Positions 10,572-21,013 are shown, counted from the first letter of the stretch. The stretch: DNA of 64,000 nt from an uncultured bacterium (GCA_937952215.1 CALFZH010000056.1:16425-80424); one strand, 5' to 3'. Numbers and translations: made by a program. Notes: generated by a model not told the origin, from the sequence alone.

Positions 10572-10872
10572 GCGAGACGACTGGGTGAGCGCGGGCCACC
10601 CGAGCAGATTCAAATGATGCCCGTCCTCCGGACCGCCATCGCGAGCGCGAGACGTGTCGACCAGCTCGCTGACTGGCCGACTGCACCTCGGGCTTGCGCC
10701 CTGGAACAGACCCCTCTGATTCGCGGTGCCATCTCGGCGTCCGAGTTGCCCGCGATGGGATCCTGAGGACGGGAAAGAGCCCCGTGAGGAGGCATGGCCC
10801 CCACGGAACGCCGGTAGGACGAACGGGGAGCCCTGCCGTGTTCCGTTCGCCCGCCTGGCCGGCGAGTCCCCG

Positions 10873-12210
10873 TCAGGGCAGCCGCAGCGGCTGTCGGGCG
10901 CCCGAGGCGGCCTGCGCCCGGATGTGCGCGTGCACCTGCATCGCCCGGCCAATGCACTGGTCGCTGTTGTGGTACTCGTAACGGCCGAACCGGCCGAACG
11001 TCAGGTAGCCACTGTCATCAAACCACTTACGAACGCGCCCGATGCGGGCCGAGAACGCCAGGTCCTGGTCGATGTAGGCGTACTCGTTGTTGCAGGCCTC
11101 GAGCAGGACGACCTGTTCGGGCCGCAGGATGCCCGCCCGGCCGAGCCCGGCGACGACCTCGCGCAGCCACGGCGCGTCCGGCCGCAGTTCGCCGCGGTGC
11201 GTGACCTCGGCGAGGAACGAGCCGTGGCCCGCGGGGGCGTTGGCCGCCGAGTAGTTGCTGAAGTAGGTGACGCGGTTGGTCGGACCCTGGTCGGCGAACG
11301 GCAGGTAGACCCAGCTCAATGGCGGCAACGGCTCGTCGAGTTCGACGCCGATCATCAGGTTCACCAGCGAGATCGGACGCAGGGCGCGGATGTCGGCGCG
11401 GACGTCCGCGGGGATCTCGACGATCGCGGGCTCGATCAGCGGCAGGGGCACCGTGTTGACCACGAGGTCGAACGGCTCGCCGTTCACGCGGAACCCGTCG
11501 CCGGCCTTCTCGACGCGATCGACGGCGACGCCGCACTGCAGCGTGAACCCGCCACCGTCGATGGTGCCGCGGACCATCGCCTCGAAGCCGCCGTGCTTGG
11601 GAAACCAGAAGACCGACTGGTGGGTGTAGCCCTCGGTGGTGACGCCGATGGCCGACTTCACGACGTCCTCGATGGGGGCCTCCGGCACGCGACCGGCAAC
11701 CCAGTCGCTGGCCATGCGCCGCAGGTCGCACTTCCAGATCTTCTCGTTGTAGGGAACCATGAAGTGGCGCGCGAAGCCCTTGCCCAGCCGCCAGTCGATC
11801 CAGTCACCGAAGTTCGCCGGGCACGGTGCGCCGGCGCGGCGGGTGGCGAACGCCTCGATGTAGCCGGCGAGGCAGTCGACGATCGCCTCCTTGGTCAGGT
11901 GGCCGACGCCGTTCTCGAACGGATACGGCACCCAGCGATCGTGCCAGCGGATCTTGGTGTTGCGCACCGTGCGCACCGTGCCGGCCTCGCCGCCGCACCG
12001 GGCCAGCTGCCAGTCGAGGACCTGCTTGTCCTTGCTGAACAGGATGTGGCCGCCGGCCTCGTCGAACGTGAACTCGCCGTAGCGGCGGCTCTTGCACAGG
12101 CCGCCGGCGCGCTCCGCCTTCTCGAGAACGGTGACGCGATGGCCATCGGCCGCGAGCATGCGTGCGAGAGCGACACCGGAGATGCCGCCACCGAGGATGG
12201 CGATCTTCAT
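10873..12210 (-). CDS. NAD(P)/FAD-dependent oxidoreductase (amine-oxidase / UDP-galactopyranose-mutase-like fold)
   Basis: N-terminal dinucleotide-binding motif MKIAILGGGISGVALARML...VTVLEK. The protein is 445 aa with normal composition, and its C-terminal segment FGRFGRYEYHNSDQCI is typical of this family. Confidence 0.85.
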   Translation of the reverse strand: MKIAILGGGISGVALARMLAADGHRVTVLEKAERAGGLCKSRRYGEFTFDEAGGHILFSKDKQVLDWQLARCGGEAGTVRTVRNTKIRWHDRWVPYPFENGVGHLTKEAIVDCLAGYIEAFATRRAGAPCPANFGDWIDWRLGKGFARHFMVPYNEKIWKCDLRRMASDWVAGRVPEAPIEDVVKSAIGVTTEGYTHQSVFWFPKHGGFEAMVRGTIDGGGFTLQCGVAVDRVEKAGDGFRVNGEPFDLVVNTVPLPLIEPAIVEIPADVRADIRALRPISLVNLMIGVELDEPLPPLSWVYLPFADQGPTNRVTYFSNYSAANAPAGHGSFLAEVTHRGELRPDAPWLREVVAGLGRAGILRPEQVVLLEACNNEYAYIDQDLAFSARIGRVRKWFDDSGYLTFGRFGRYEYHNSDQCIGRAMQVHAHIRAQAASGARQPLRLP

Positions 12211-12291
12211 GCGGAGGGAGGCGGCATCGGACGGACGAGGCCGCGAACTCTATGGATCGTGCCGAGGGACGGTAGACCCCACTGATCGCTG

Positions 12292-13611
12292 GTGGGCGCG
12301 GATCGAAGCGGGGCAGCGGGGGGCGGCGGCGCGTGGCGCGCCGAGGGGCCGTTGCCAGCAGGCGCGGCTCGCCAGCTGCTGCCGGAGCGGCGACCCGTCC
12401 TGAATCGGGGCAGAGTCGAGACTTCCCGCCGACCCCTCGCGAGAATCCGCGGCCCTTTGGCTGCGCCCGTCCCACCGTCCACGCACGAGCACCGGGCGAT
12501 TGCCGCCCTGGCGCTCGTCGCCTTCGCGCTCAACCTGAACACCAGCGTGCTTGGTGCGCTGCTGCCGTTCGTTCCGAACGAGCTGTCCAACCATGCCACC
12601 TGGCTGCTCGCCGCGGCGGGGTTCGGCTCGGGCGTCGGTGCGCTGCTGATGCCGGCGGTGGCTGCGCGAACGGGGTTGCGGCCCGTGTTGCTCGCGAGCC
12701 TCGTCGTCTTCGGCGTCGTCAGCGCGCTGCACCTGCTGCCGCTGGGCGTCTGGCCGTTCCTGGTCGTGCGGGCGCTGTCGGGGATCGCGGTCGGCACGGC
12801 GTACGCGGCGGCGTCGTCGCTCATCACCGAGGCGGTGCCCTACGCGCGGCGCGGGGCCGCGATGGGGTGGTTCACTGCCGGCATGTTCCTGGCGATCCCG
12901 GTCGGCATGCCGATCGCCGTGCTGTGCGCGCAGGCCGGAGGCTGGCCGTGGATCTTCGGCGCGCAGGCCGTCCTGGCCATTGGCGGCGGCATGGCCGCCG
13001 CGCGCTCGGTGCCGGCGACGGCCGGCCTGCTGGCGCCGATGCGCTACCTGCCCGTGCTGCGGAACGGCGCGGCGATGGCAGGGTTGTTGGCGACCATGCT
13101 GCACGTCGGGTCGTTCTTCACGACCGTGCAACTGGCGTCCCGATGGCTGGCCGACACCGGGCGGTTCCCGGCCGAACAACAGATGTGGCTGTGGATCGGG
13201 CTTGGCGCCGTGAGCGTGGTCGGCAGCGGCCTGCTGGGCCGCCTCAGCGACGTGTTCGGCAAACGCAACTTCGTGCTCGCGACCTCGGCGGTTCTGGTCG
13301 GCTGCTTCCTGTTCCTGACCCGCGAGCCCGCCGGTGCCGTGCTGGCGTGGGTCGGTGCCGGGCTCGCGCTCACCGCCGCGGCGCGAACCGGGCCGCTGCA
13401 GGCGCTGGTGTCCGGAGTCGTGGCGAAGGACGAGGTGGCCTCCCTGATGGCCCTGCGCGGTTTCGCGATGCAGGTCGGGGTGGGGGCGTTCGCCGTGGCG
13501 GCAACCCCGCTGACGAACGACCTCGGATTCCGCGGCGTGCTCTGGCTCGCGGCAGGATGCCAGGCCGCTTCCTACCTGGTGATCCGGCTCTGGGGCCGCG
13601 AAGGCCGGTGA
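12292..13611 (+). CDS. MFS transporter
   Basis: About 12 TM helices with MFS-like loop motifs. The first ~60 residues of the ATG-12292 form are Arg/Ala/Gly-rich and may not be translated. No in-frame ATG lies near the first TM helix; TTG 12457 is an alternative start. Confidence 0.85.
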   Translation: MGADRSGAAGGGGAWRAEGPLPAGAARQLLPERRPVLNRGRVETSRRPLARIRGPLAAPVPPSTHEHRAIAALALVAFALNLNTSVLGALLPFVPNELSNHATWLLAAAGFGSGVGALLMPAVAARTGLRPVLLASLVVFGVVSALHLLPLGVWPFLVVRALSGIAVGTAYAAASSLITEAVPYARRGAAMGWFTAGMFLAIPVGMPIAVLCAQAGGWPWIFGAQAVLAIGGGMAAARSVPATAGLLAPMRYLPVLRNGAAMAGLLATMLHVGSFFTTVQLASRWLADTGRFPAEQQMWLWIGLGAVSVVGSGLLGRLSDVFGKRNFVLATSAVLVGCFLFLTREPAGAVLAWVGAGLALTAAARTGPLQALVSGVVAKDEVASLMALRGFAMQVGVGAFAVAATPLTNDLGFRGVLWLAAGCQAASYLVIRLWGREGR

Positions 13612-13648
13612 CCGCGCACCCGACAGGATGAAATCCCGGGACGGCCAC

Positions 13649-13685
13649 AGGCGCGCGCGCTGCGCGCTGGGCGCGCCTTTTTTCG
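13649..13685 (+). terminator. Rho-independent terminator after the MFS gene
   Basis: GC-rich hairpin with outer arms AGGCGCGC (13649-13656) / GCGCGCCT (13671-13678), followed immediately by TTTTTT. Confidence 0.7.
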
Positions 13686-13692
13686 ACAACTC

Positions 13693-14781
13693 ATGCTCCG
13701 ACCTACGCCCCTCGTCCTTCTTCTCGCCGCGCTGGCCGTCACCCCCGCCTGCCGCAGCTTCCACGGCCAGTACCACCTCGACACCGACGACTACGTGCTG
13801 GCGACGCGCACCGAGCCGAACGGCGCCAAGACGACCTGGAGGCTGCATGCGGGCACGGTGCCCAGCCTGGTCGCGATCTCCGAGCGCGAGGAAGAACAGC
13901 CACTGCTCGGCCTGCGGTTGGCCGAACTCGACAAGGACCAGGCGGAGAAACGGGGGGTGCGGCCGTACACCGGGCTGCTGGTTCGTGGGGTCACCGACGC
14001 CTCGAGTGCGGCCGAGGCAGGCGTGCACGTTGGCGACGTGCTGCTGGCGATCGATGGCGGCGAGACGGTCTATCTGCCGCAGGCGCGGAAGGTGGAGGGT
14101 GCGCTGCGCGTCGACCAGAAGCTCGTCGTGAAGGTGCTTCGTGGCCAGGACTCGCTCGATCTCGACCTCGTCGTGCGGGCGACGAAGCAGAAGGTGTTGA
14201 CCGAGGAGTCGATCGCGCTCGAGTCGCCGGCACCGCTGGCGCGCCCGTTCGCTGGCGTCTCGCTGGCCGGCATTCCGGCGGCGCACTGCGAGCGGATCTT
14301 CGGCGCCCCGCGCCAGGCGGTGATCGTGTCGCAGGTCGAAGTCGGCTCGCCGGCCTGGGTGGCGGGCATTCGGCCCGGCGACGTGATCGACACACTCGAT
14401 GGCCAGCCGGTGCCGGACGTGCACCGCTTGCAGCGCACGATCGCCGAGCGCGGCGAGTCCGGCGAGTCGATCAAGCTCGGCGTGCATCGCGGCCCCGACG
14501 GCGCCTACGAGGGGCAGGTGGCGCTCTCCGACTACCAGGACTCCACGAACGTGCGCATTCCGCTGGTGTTCAGCCTCGACAACGGCGTGTGGCGGGACTC
14601 GTGGTCGGTCGGCCCGTGGGGGCTCCTGATGCGCAACCGCAACTTCTACGAAGCGGACGCGACGACGCGCCGCGTCAAGACGCACAACGTGTTCAGCGCC
14701 GTGCTCGGTCTCTTCCGCGTCGAGTCGACGCCGACCGACACCGAGGTGCGGCTGCTCTGGTTCATCCGCTTCGACACCTGA
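13693..14781 (+). CDS. Lipoprotein with two PDZ domains
   Basis: Signal peptide and lipobox (LLLAALAVTPAC). Two PDZ-like segments: GLLVRGVTDASSAAEAGVHVGDVLLAIDG and VIVSQVEVGSPAWVAGIRPGDVIDTLDGQPV. Confidence 0.8.
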   Translation: MLRPTPLVLLLAALAVTPACRSFHGQYHLDTDDYVLATRTEPNGAKTTWRLHAGTVPSLVAISEREEEQPLLGLRLAELDKDQAEKRGVRPYTGLLVRGVTDASSAAEAGVHVGDVLLAIDGGETVYLPQARKVEGALRVDQKLVVKVLRGQDSLDLDLVVRATKQKVLTEESIALESPAPLARPFAGVSLAGIPAAHCERIFGAPRQAVIVSQVEVGSPAWVAGIRPGDVIDTLDGQPVPDVHRLQRTIAERGESGESIKLGVHRGPDGAYEGQVALSDYQDSTNVRIPLVFSLDNGVWRDSWSVGPWGLLMRNRNFYEADATTRRVKTHNVFSAVLGLFRVESTPTDTEVRLLWFIRFDT

Positions 14782-14820
14782 GTCGCTGCCGCGACTCCCT
14801 CCGGCGCATTGCCGCGCAGC

Positions 14821-15660
14821 TCAGCGCTGGCAGCCGGAGCACCAGTAGGTGCTGCGCCCGCCGTCCACGGCGCGCTTGATCACGGCCCCGCAGCGCATGC
14901 ACCGTTCGGCGGCGCGTTCGTAGACGGCGAGCTCTCGCGCGAAGAATCCGACGTCCTCGGCGACGCCGACGTAGTCGCGGAACGACGTGCCGCCTGCCGC
15001 GATCGCGGCCTGCAGTACGTCGCGCACCGCGGTCGCCAGCGCCTCGCATTCGGCGCGCGTCAACGTCTTGGCGGCGCGCCGCGGCCGCACCTTCGCGCGC
15101 CAGCAGGCCTCGCTCGCGTAGATGTTGCCGACGCCGACGACGACGTGCGCGTCCATCAGCATCGTCTTCACGGTCGCGGTGCGGCGACGACTGTGGCGAT
15201 GCAGGAACGCGCCGTCGAAGCCCGGCTCGAGCGGCTCCTGGCCGAGGCTCGCCAGCAGCTTGTGCGAGGCGAGTTCCGAGGACGGGGCGACGTCGAGCGC
15301 GCCGAAGCGTCGCGGATCGACGAAGCGCACCAGGCGATCGCCGAAGTCCATGCGCCAGTGTTCGTGCTTGCGGTACTCGGGGCGCGCGGCGCGGGGCGTG
15401 GTCGGCTCGACCAGGAACCTCCCGGTCATGCCGAGATGCACCAGCGCCACGGGTGCGTGCGGTCCGTCGAAGTGCATCAGCAGGTACTTCGACCGCCGCG
15501 TGATGCCCTGGCAGCGGCGACCTTCCAGGTTGCGCAGTGCTTCGGCCGGCATCGGCCAGCGCAGATCCGGCCGTGCCAGGTGCACCGCACGCAGCCGCCG
15601 TCCGCGCAGGTGCGGTTCGGCGCCGGTGCGCACGGTCTCGACTTCGGGCAGTTCGGGCAC
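14821..15660 (-). CDS. mutM: Formamidopyrimidine-DNA glycosylase (Fpg/MutM)
   Basis: The GTG start at 15660 gives the canonical N-terminus (M)PELPEVETV. The H2TH region and C-terminal zinc finger CMRCG...YWCSGCQ are present. The ORF-track ORF extends falsely to 16419. Confidence 0.93.
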   Translation of the reverse strand: MPELPEVETVRTGAEPHLRGRRLRAVHLARPDLRWPMPAEALRNLEGRRCQGITRRSKYLLMHFDGPHAPVALVHLGMTGRFLVEPTTPRAARPEYRKHEHWRMDFGDRLVRFVDPRRFGALDVAPSSELASHKLLASLGQEPLEPGFDGAFLHRHSRRRTATVKTMLMDAHVVVGVGNIYASEACWRAKVRPRRAAKTLTRAECEALATAVRDVLQAAIAAGGTSFRDYVGVAEDVGFFARELAVYERAAERCMRCGAVIKRAVDGGRSTYWCSGCQR

Positions 15661-15753
15661 GGTGGCGTGGGTACGTTCGTGGGTCAGGCTGCTGCGGCGG
15701 CCCGGCGCCGTCGTTAGCATGCCGCGCCCGATTCGGCCCACCAACTCGTCCGC

Positions 15754-16179
15754 ATGCCACCCAAGTCGCCCGTCGAGGGCCTGCACCACATCGGCATTGC
15801 CGTTCGCTCCATCGCCGAGGCGCTGCCGCGTTGGACCGACGAGATGGGCCTGAGCCTCGTGTCCGTCGAGGACGTGCCGACCGAGAAGGTCAAGGTCGCG
15901 ATCCTGAAGGCTGGCAACACGCGCATCGAACTGCTCGAGCCGTTGACGCCCGACTCGCCGTTGACGGCGTTCCTGCAGAAGCGCGGGCCGGGGATCCACC
16001 ATCTCGCGTTCCAGGTCGGCGACTGCCAGCAGAAGATCGACGCGCTGGCGGCGCACGGCGCGCCGATGTTGTCGAAGACGCCGAACCCGGGTGCGCACGA
16101 CTGCCGCATCGCGTTCGTGCACCCGAAGTGGCTCGGCGGCGTGCTCGCCGAGTTCGTCGAGGACCCGCACCATGACTGA
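15754..16179 (+). CDS. mce: Methylmalonyl-CoA epimerase (VOC/glyoxalase family)
   Basis: 141 aa with LHHIGIAV...IELLEP...GPGIHHLAF...IAFVHP, typical of this epimerase. Its stop overlaps the start of the downstream carboxyltransferase gene. Confidence 0.88.
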   Translation: MPPKSPVEGLHHIGIAVRSIAEALPRWTDEMGLSLVSVEDVPTEKVKVAILKAGNTRIELLEPLTPDSPLTAFLQKRGPGIHHLAFQVGDCQQKIDALAAHGAPMLSKTPNPGAHDCRIAFVHPKWLGGVLAEFVEDPHHD

Positions 16180-17722
16180 CCCGATGAAGAAGCTGCAGGA
16201 GTTGCGCGAACGCTCGCTGTTGGGTGGCGGCCAGGACCGCATCGACGCGCAGCACGAGAAGGGCAAGCTGACCGCGCGCGAGCGCATCGACCTGCTGGTC
16301 GATCCGGGCACCTTCACCGAGATCGATCGCTTCGTGACGCACCGCTGCCGCGACTTCGGCATGGACGCCGAGAAGAACCAGATCCTCGGCGACGGCGTCG
16401 TGGTCGGCAGCGCGCGCATCGACGGCCGCCCGGTCTATCTCTACGCGCAGGACTTCACCGTGTTCGGTGGCAGCCTGTCGGAGACGCACGCGGCGAAGAT
16501 CTGCAAGGTGATGGACCTCGCCGTGAAGATGGGCGTGCCGATGATCGGGTTGTCCGACTCTGGCGGCGCGCGCATCCAGGAAGGCGTGGTGTCGCTCGGC
16601 GGCTACGCGGACATCTTCCTGCGCAACACGCTCGCCAGCGGCGTGGTGCCGCAGATCAGCGCGATCATGGGACCGTGCGCCGGGGGTGCCGTCTATTCGC
16701 CGGCGATCACCGACTTCGTGCTGATGGTCGAGGGCACGAGCTTCATGCACATCACCGGGCCCGACGTGGTCAAGACGGTGACGCACGAGGACACGACCAG
16801 CGAGGAACTCGGCGGCGCTCGCGTGCATGCCGAGGTTTCGGGGGTCGCGCACTTCACGGCGCCCGACGACGCGACGTGCCTCGTGCAACTGCGTGAACTG
16901 CTGAGCTACCTGCCGTTGAACAACGGGGAGGACGCGCCGTTCAAGCCGAGCGAAGACGATCCGAACCGCATGGACGAGACGCTCGACACGATCGTGCCGC
17001 CGTCCGCGGACCAGCCGTACGACATGCGGCAGGTCGTCAAGAAGGTCGTCGACGGCGGCAAGTTCTTCGAAGTGCAGGCGCGCTACGCCAAGAACATGAT
17101 CGTCGGCTTCGCGCGGCTCGGCGGCCGCGTCGTCGGCATCGTCGGCAACCAGCCGAGCCACCTGGCCGGCGTGCTCGACATCAAGGCGAGCATCAAGGGC
17201 GCGCGCTTCATCCGCTTCTGCGACGCGTTCAACATCCCGCTGGTGACGTTCGAGGACGTGCCCGGCTTCCTGCCCGGCAAGGACCAGGAGTGGAACGGCA
17301 TCATCACCCACGGCGCCAAGCTGCTGTACGCGTACTGCGAAGCGACGGTGCCGAAGATCACGGTGATCACGCGCAAGGCGTACGGCGGCGCCTACGACGT
17401 GATGAACAGCAAGCACATCCGCGCCGACCTCAACCTCGCCTGGCCGTCGGCCGAGATCGCGGTGATGGGGGCCGAGGGTGCGGCGAAGATCGTGTTCCGG
17501 CGCGAGATCGCGGCGGCCAAGGACCCGAAGGCCGAGGAGAAGCGGCTGGTCGCCGACTACAAGGCGAAGTTCGCGAACCCGTACCAGGCGGCGGCGCGCG
17601 GCTACGTCGACGACGTGATCGAACCGCGGCGCACGCGACCGATGCTGATCCAGGCGCTCGAACTGCTGCGCAGCAAGCGCGACAGCAACCCGCCGAAGAA
17701 GCACGGCAACATCCCGCTGTAG
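16172..17722 (+). CDS. pccB: Acyl-CoA carboxylase carboxyltransferase subunit (propionyl-CoA carboxylase beta / 12S type)
   Basis: Start at ATG 16172 ([13 protein letters not shown]). Conserved blocks: [58 protein letters not shown]. Confidence 0.93.
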   Translation: MTDPMKKLQELRERSLLGGGQDRIDAQHEKGKLTARERIDLLVDPGTFTEIDRFVTHRCRDFGMDAEKNQILGDGVVVGSARIDGRPVYLYAQDFTVFGGSLSETHAAKICKVMDLAVKMGVPMIGLSDSGGARIQEGVVSLGGYADIFLRNTLASGVVPQISAIMGPCAGGAVYSPAITDFVLMVEGTSFMHITGPDVVKTVTHEDTTSEELGGARVHAEVSGVAHFTAPDDATCLVQLRELLSYLPLNNGEDAPFKPSEDDPNRMDETLDTIVPPSADQPYDMRQVVKKVVDGGKFFEVQARYAKNMIVGFARLGGRVVGIVGNQPSHLAGVLDIKASIKGARFIRFCDAFNIPLVTFEDVPGFLPGKDQEWNGIITHGAKLLYAYCEATVPKITVITRKAYGGAYDVMNSKHIRADLNLAWPSAEIAVMGAEGAAKIVFRREIAAAKDPKAEEKRLVADYKAKFANPYQAAARGYVDDVIEPRRTRPMLIQALELLRSKRDSNPPKKHGNIPL

Positions 17723-17731
17723 GGCGGGGCT

Positions 17732-18598
17732 GTGACCGCAGGGCAGGGCGTGCATACTGGGGCGATGCACCCGTTCCGAGTGGTCGTCGTGGGGACCCTG
17801 CTCGTCGCGCTCGGGACCGGCCAGGACAACGTCGCGGCGTTGGTGCGCGATCTCGGCTCTCCCACGGCCGCAAGTCGCTCGAGCGCCTGCGTGGCTCTCG
17901 CGGCGCTCGGGCCCAAGGCGGCGCCGGCGATTCCGGCGCTGTCGCAGGCGCTGGCCGACGAGCTGCCAGAGGTGCGACGGGCCGCGGGCAGGGCGCTCGG
18001 CAAGGTCGGCAAGGCGGCAATCCCGCGCATCAAGGCGGCGCTCGGCGACACGTCGCGGGCCTCGGGCGCCGCCCTGGCAGTGGGCGAGCTCGGCGCCGAA
18101 GGTGCTTCGCTGGTCCCCGAGATGCTCGCGATCTTCCAGCGCGGCGAGGGCGGCTCCGAACTCTCCGACAACGTGACCGCCGCGTGCGTGGCGATCGGTG
18201 CTCCCGCCTTGCCGCATCTGCAGAAGGGCATGAAGCGACGCGGCATCTCGGGCCGCTGCGCCGAGATCCTGCGTTCGATGGGCGAGGCCGCCGCGCCGGC
18301 CGCGCCGGCGCTGCTCGAGCTCGCGCTCGACAACACCGAGTTGCCCGGAGCGCGCATCCCGGCGTTCGAAGCGCTGCACGCGATCGGCAAGGCGGCGCGA
18401 GCCCAGGCGCCGAAGCTGCTGGCGTTCGTGTGCGATGGCAAGCAAGGCGTCGACATGCGCGGCCAGGCGGCGTCGGCGCTCGCGCGGATCGGCCACGACG
18501 ATCCGGCGGCTGCGAGCAAGGCGCTGCAGCCGTTCGCGAACGATCCCGACGAGGGATTCCGCAAGCGCGTGCGCGCGGCGATCGACGCCCTGAAGTGA
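17732..18598 (+). CDS. HEAT-repeat protein (exported)
   Basis: Repeated units: AIPALSQALADELPEVRRAAGRALGKVG, AAPALLELALD..., DPDEGFRKRVRAAIDAL. An N-terminal hydrophobic segment is present. The start is either GTG 17732 or ATG 17765. Confidence 0.75.
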   Translation: MTAGQGVHTGAMHPFRVVVVGTLLVALGTGQDNVAALVRDLGSPTAASRSSACVALAALGPKAAPAIPALSQALADELPEVRRAAGRALGKVGKAAIPRIKAALGDTSRASGAALAVGELGAEGASLVPEMLAIFQRGEGGSELSDNVTAACVAIGAPALPHLQKGMKRRGISGRCAEILRSMGEAAAPAAPALLELALDNTELPGARIPAFEALHAIGKAARAQAPKLLAFVCDGKQGVDMRGQAASALARIGHDDPAAASKALQPFANDPDEGFRKRVRAAIDALK

Positions 18599-18607
18599 CG
18601 AGGCTGG

Positions 18608-19684
18608 TCAGCCCAGCTCGATCGTGCGCCCCTCGCGCGCGGCCTGATCAGCGGCGAGCACGATGCGCAGGCTGTTGACCGCGTCGGCGAGGTGGTCGCC
18701 GAGGTCGACGTCGTCGCGGATCGCGCGCAGCAGGAACTGCTGTTCGCGCAGGCAGAGCCCGTCGTGGTCGGGTTCGTCGTTCGTGTCGATCCACTCGTCC
18801 TTCTTCACGAACTGGTCCTGCGCGTCGCGGTCCTGCCAGTGCACGCGCAGCGAGTTGGTCTTGGTGTGTGAGTCGACGTCGGCGCTGCCGGCGGCGCGTT
18901 CGCCCGCGCGATCGACGATCGACACGCAGCCCTTCGGCCCGACCACGTCCTTCACGAAGTAGGCGACCTCGCTCATCATCGGCCCCCAGCCCGCCTCGTA
19001 CCAGCCGACCGAGCCGTCGGCGAACGTCACCTGCAGCTGGCCATAGTTGTACATGCCGGGCTTCAGTTCGTCGGACAAGCGCGCCTGGATCGCCGACACG
19101 CGAACGGGCTTGCTGCGCGTCATCTGGCACATCACGTCGACGTAGTGCACGCCGCAGTCGACGATCGGCGACATCGAGTCCATCAGCGCCTTGTGCGTGC
19201 GCCAGTCCTTGCCGCGGCTCTGCTGGTTGAGGTTCATGCGCATCACCAGCGGCTTGCCGAGCGTGCGCGCCACCTCGACGAACCGTTGCCACGCCGGGTG
19301 CACGCGCAGGATGTAGCCGACCACGACCTTGCGGCGGTGCTGGCGCGCCAGATCGACGATCGACTGCGCTTCGGCGACGGTCTCGGCGAGCGGCTTCTCG
19401 ACGAACACGTGCGAGCCGGAGCGCAGCGCCGTGCGCGCGATCGCGGCGTGGGTGTCGGGATACGTGTTGATCGACACCACGTCGGGCTTCGTCGCCGCGT
19501 AGGCCTGCTCGAAGTCCGCGAACGTCGGCACGCCGCCGAGTTCCGCCGCCAGCTTCTCGCGCGATTCGCGCCCGCGCGCGACGAGGCCGACCAGCCGGAA
19601 GTCCTTGGCCAGTCGCCGGTAGGCCCGCGCGTGCGAGCTGCCCATGTTGCCGCAGCCGACGACGAGCACGCTGAGAGGGTTCAT
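18608..19684 (-). CDS. Gfo/Idh/MocA family oxidoreductase
   Basis: N-terminal Rossmann motif VLVVGCGNMGSSHARAY and EKPLA motif (HVFVEKPLAETVAEA). 358 aa. Confidence 0.9.
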   Translation of the reverse strand: MNPLSVLVVGCGNMGSSHARAYRRLAKDFRLVGLVARGRESREKLAAELGGVPTFADFEQAYAATKPDVVSINTYPDTHAAIARTALRSGSHVFVEKPLAETVAEAQSIVDLARQHRRKVVVGYILRVHPAWQRFVEVARTLGKPLVMRMNLNQQSRGKDWRTHKALMDSMSPIVDCGVHYVDVMCQMTRSKPVRVSAIQARLSDELKPGMYNYGQLQVTFADGSVGWYEAGWGPMMSEVAYFVKDVVGPKGCVSIVDRAGERAAGSADVDSHTKTNSLRVHWQDRDAQDQFVKKDEWIDTNDEPDHDGLCLREQQFLLRAIRDDVDLGDHLADAVNSLRIVLAADQAAREGRTIELG

Positions 19685-19696
19685 GCTCGCGTCGTT

Positions 19697-21013
19697 CTAG
19701 CGTTTCGCCGCGGGCGCGCCACGCAGCACGAGGAAGCCGATGGTGCCGGCGACGCCCGACGCCGCCAGGATCGCCACCTTGCTGGCTTCGAACGCCGCCG
19801 GCATGCCAGCGAACGCGAGGCTGTCGATGAACAGCGACATCGTGAAGCCGATGCCGGCGAGCCAGGCGACGCCGTGCAGATGGCGCCAGGTCGTTCCTTC
19901 CGGCAGCGGGCAGCGCAGCAGGCGCCACGCGAGCCAGGTCGCGACCAGGACGCCGAGCGGCTTGCCGAGCAGCAGGCCAGCCGCCACGCCGTGCGCGGCC
20001 GGGTGCTCGATGGCATCGGCGAGGCCTACCCGCACGTCGACGCCGGCGTTGGCCAGCGCGAACACCGGCACGATGAAGTACGCGATCAGGCCATGCAGCG
20101 CGTGCTCCATGCGCTGCAGCGGCGCCTGCACGGCGCAGGCGTGCTGCTGCAGTTCGTGCACGACTTCGAGCTGCTGGGCGTTGGTCAGCGGATCCGGGTC
20201 GCCGACGCGGTCGAACTCGTCGAGCAGCGCGCGCCCACGCGCGGTGAACTCGACTTCGTCGAGTTTGCGGCGCGCCGGGATCGTCAGTGCCAGGGCCACG
20301 CCGGCGATCGTCGCGTGCACGCCGGACTGCAGGAACAGGGCCCAAAGCAACAGGCCCAGGACCACGTACGGCCAGGTCTTGCGCACACCGAGCTTGTTCG
20401 CGGTGAACGACGCCGCCAGGACCGCGGCTCCGATCCCGAGGTACTGCCACGCGATCTCGTCGGTGTAGAAGATCGCGATCACCATCACCGCGCCGAGGTC
20501 GTCGGCGATCGCCAGCGACGCGAGGAACACCTTCAGGCTCGGCGGCACGCGCTTGCCCAACAAAGCCAGCACGCCGAGTGCGAACGCGATGTCGGTCGCC
20601 ATCGGGATTCCCCAGCCGCGCATTGCCGCTGGATCGCCGTGGAGCCCCACGACGGCCGCGTAGATGGCCGCCGGCACGGCCATGCCGCCGATCGCCGCCG
20701 CGACGGGCAGGGCCGCTCGGCGGAACGTGCGCAGTTCGCCGTCGAGGACCTCGTGTTTGATCTCGAGGCCGACGAAGAAGAAGAACAGCACCATCAGGCC
20801 GTCGTTGATCCAGTGCGCGACGCTCTTCTGGATGGCAGCGTCGCCGAGGCGGATCGCGAAGTCGGCGTGCCAGAGGTGGCTCCACCCTTCGGACCAGGGA
20901 CTGTTCGCGACCGCGATCGCGAACAGGGCGGACGCTACGAGCAGGATGCCGGGGAAGGCCTCGGAGCGGACGAGGCGTGCGAGCGGTGAGATCGGCGGGA
21001 GGTTGCCGGCCAT
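19697..21013 (-). CDS. nhaA: Na+/H+ antiporter NhaA
   Basis: Signature sequence VAHWINDGLMVLFFFFVGLEIKHE and FLASLAIADDLGAV (the DD pair). 438 aa. It lies 12 nt upstream of the oxidoreductase gene on the same strand. Confidence 0.93.
   Translation of the reverse strand: MAGNLPPISPLARLVRSEAFPGILLVASALFAIAVANSPWSEGWSHLWHADFAIRLGDAAIQKSVAHWINDGLMVLFFFFVGLEIKHEVLDGELRTFRRAALPVAAAIGGMAVPAAIYAAVVGLHGDPAAMRGWGIPMATDIAFALGVLALLGKRVPPSLKVFLASLAIADDLGAVMVIAIFYTDEIAWQYLGIGAAVLAASFTANKLGVRKTWPYVVLGLLLWALFLQSGVHATIAGVALALTIPARRKLDEVEFTARGRALLDEFDRVGDPDPLTNAQQLEVVHELQQHACAVQAPLQRMEHALHGLIAYFIVPVFALANAGVDVRVGLADAIEHPAAHGVAAGLLLGKPLGVLVATWLAWRLLRCPLPEGTTWRHLHGVAWLAGIGFTMSLFIDSLAFAGMPAAFEASKVAILAASGVAGTIGFLVLRGAPAAKR

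Noticed and set aside
10277-10872. I considered RNase P RNA, tmRNA, SRP RNA and a ZTP riboswitch as identities for the large intergenic region. The prompts were GGTAACAGTC, AGATTCAAATGATGCCCGTCC, GGTCCGGAGGAC, and GACTGGC...CCGCCTGGCC.
   Set aside because: The near-invariant cores are absent on both strands. These are GAGGAAAGTCCGGGC and ACAGAACCCGGCTTA for RNase P; the GGTTCGAATCC T-loop plus CCACCA end for tmRNA; and GGAAGCAGCC for SRP. The ZTP-like halves are ~200 nt apart with no downstream gene. The similarities are short and probably chance.
10300-10981. ORFs 10300..10557 (+), 10610..10957 (-) and 10694..10981 (+) as possible protein genes filling the gap.
   Set aside because: Their composition is non-protein-like (Arg/Gly/Pro/Ser runs). 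They have no start context or motif, and two of them run into the neighbouring real gene in the wrong frame.
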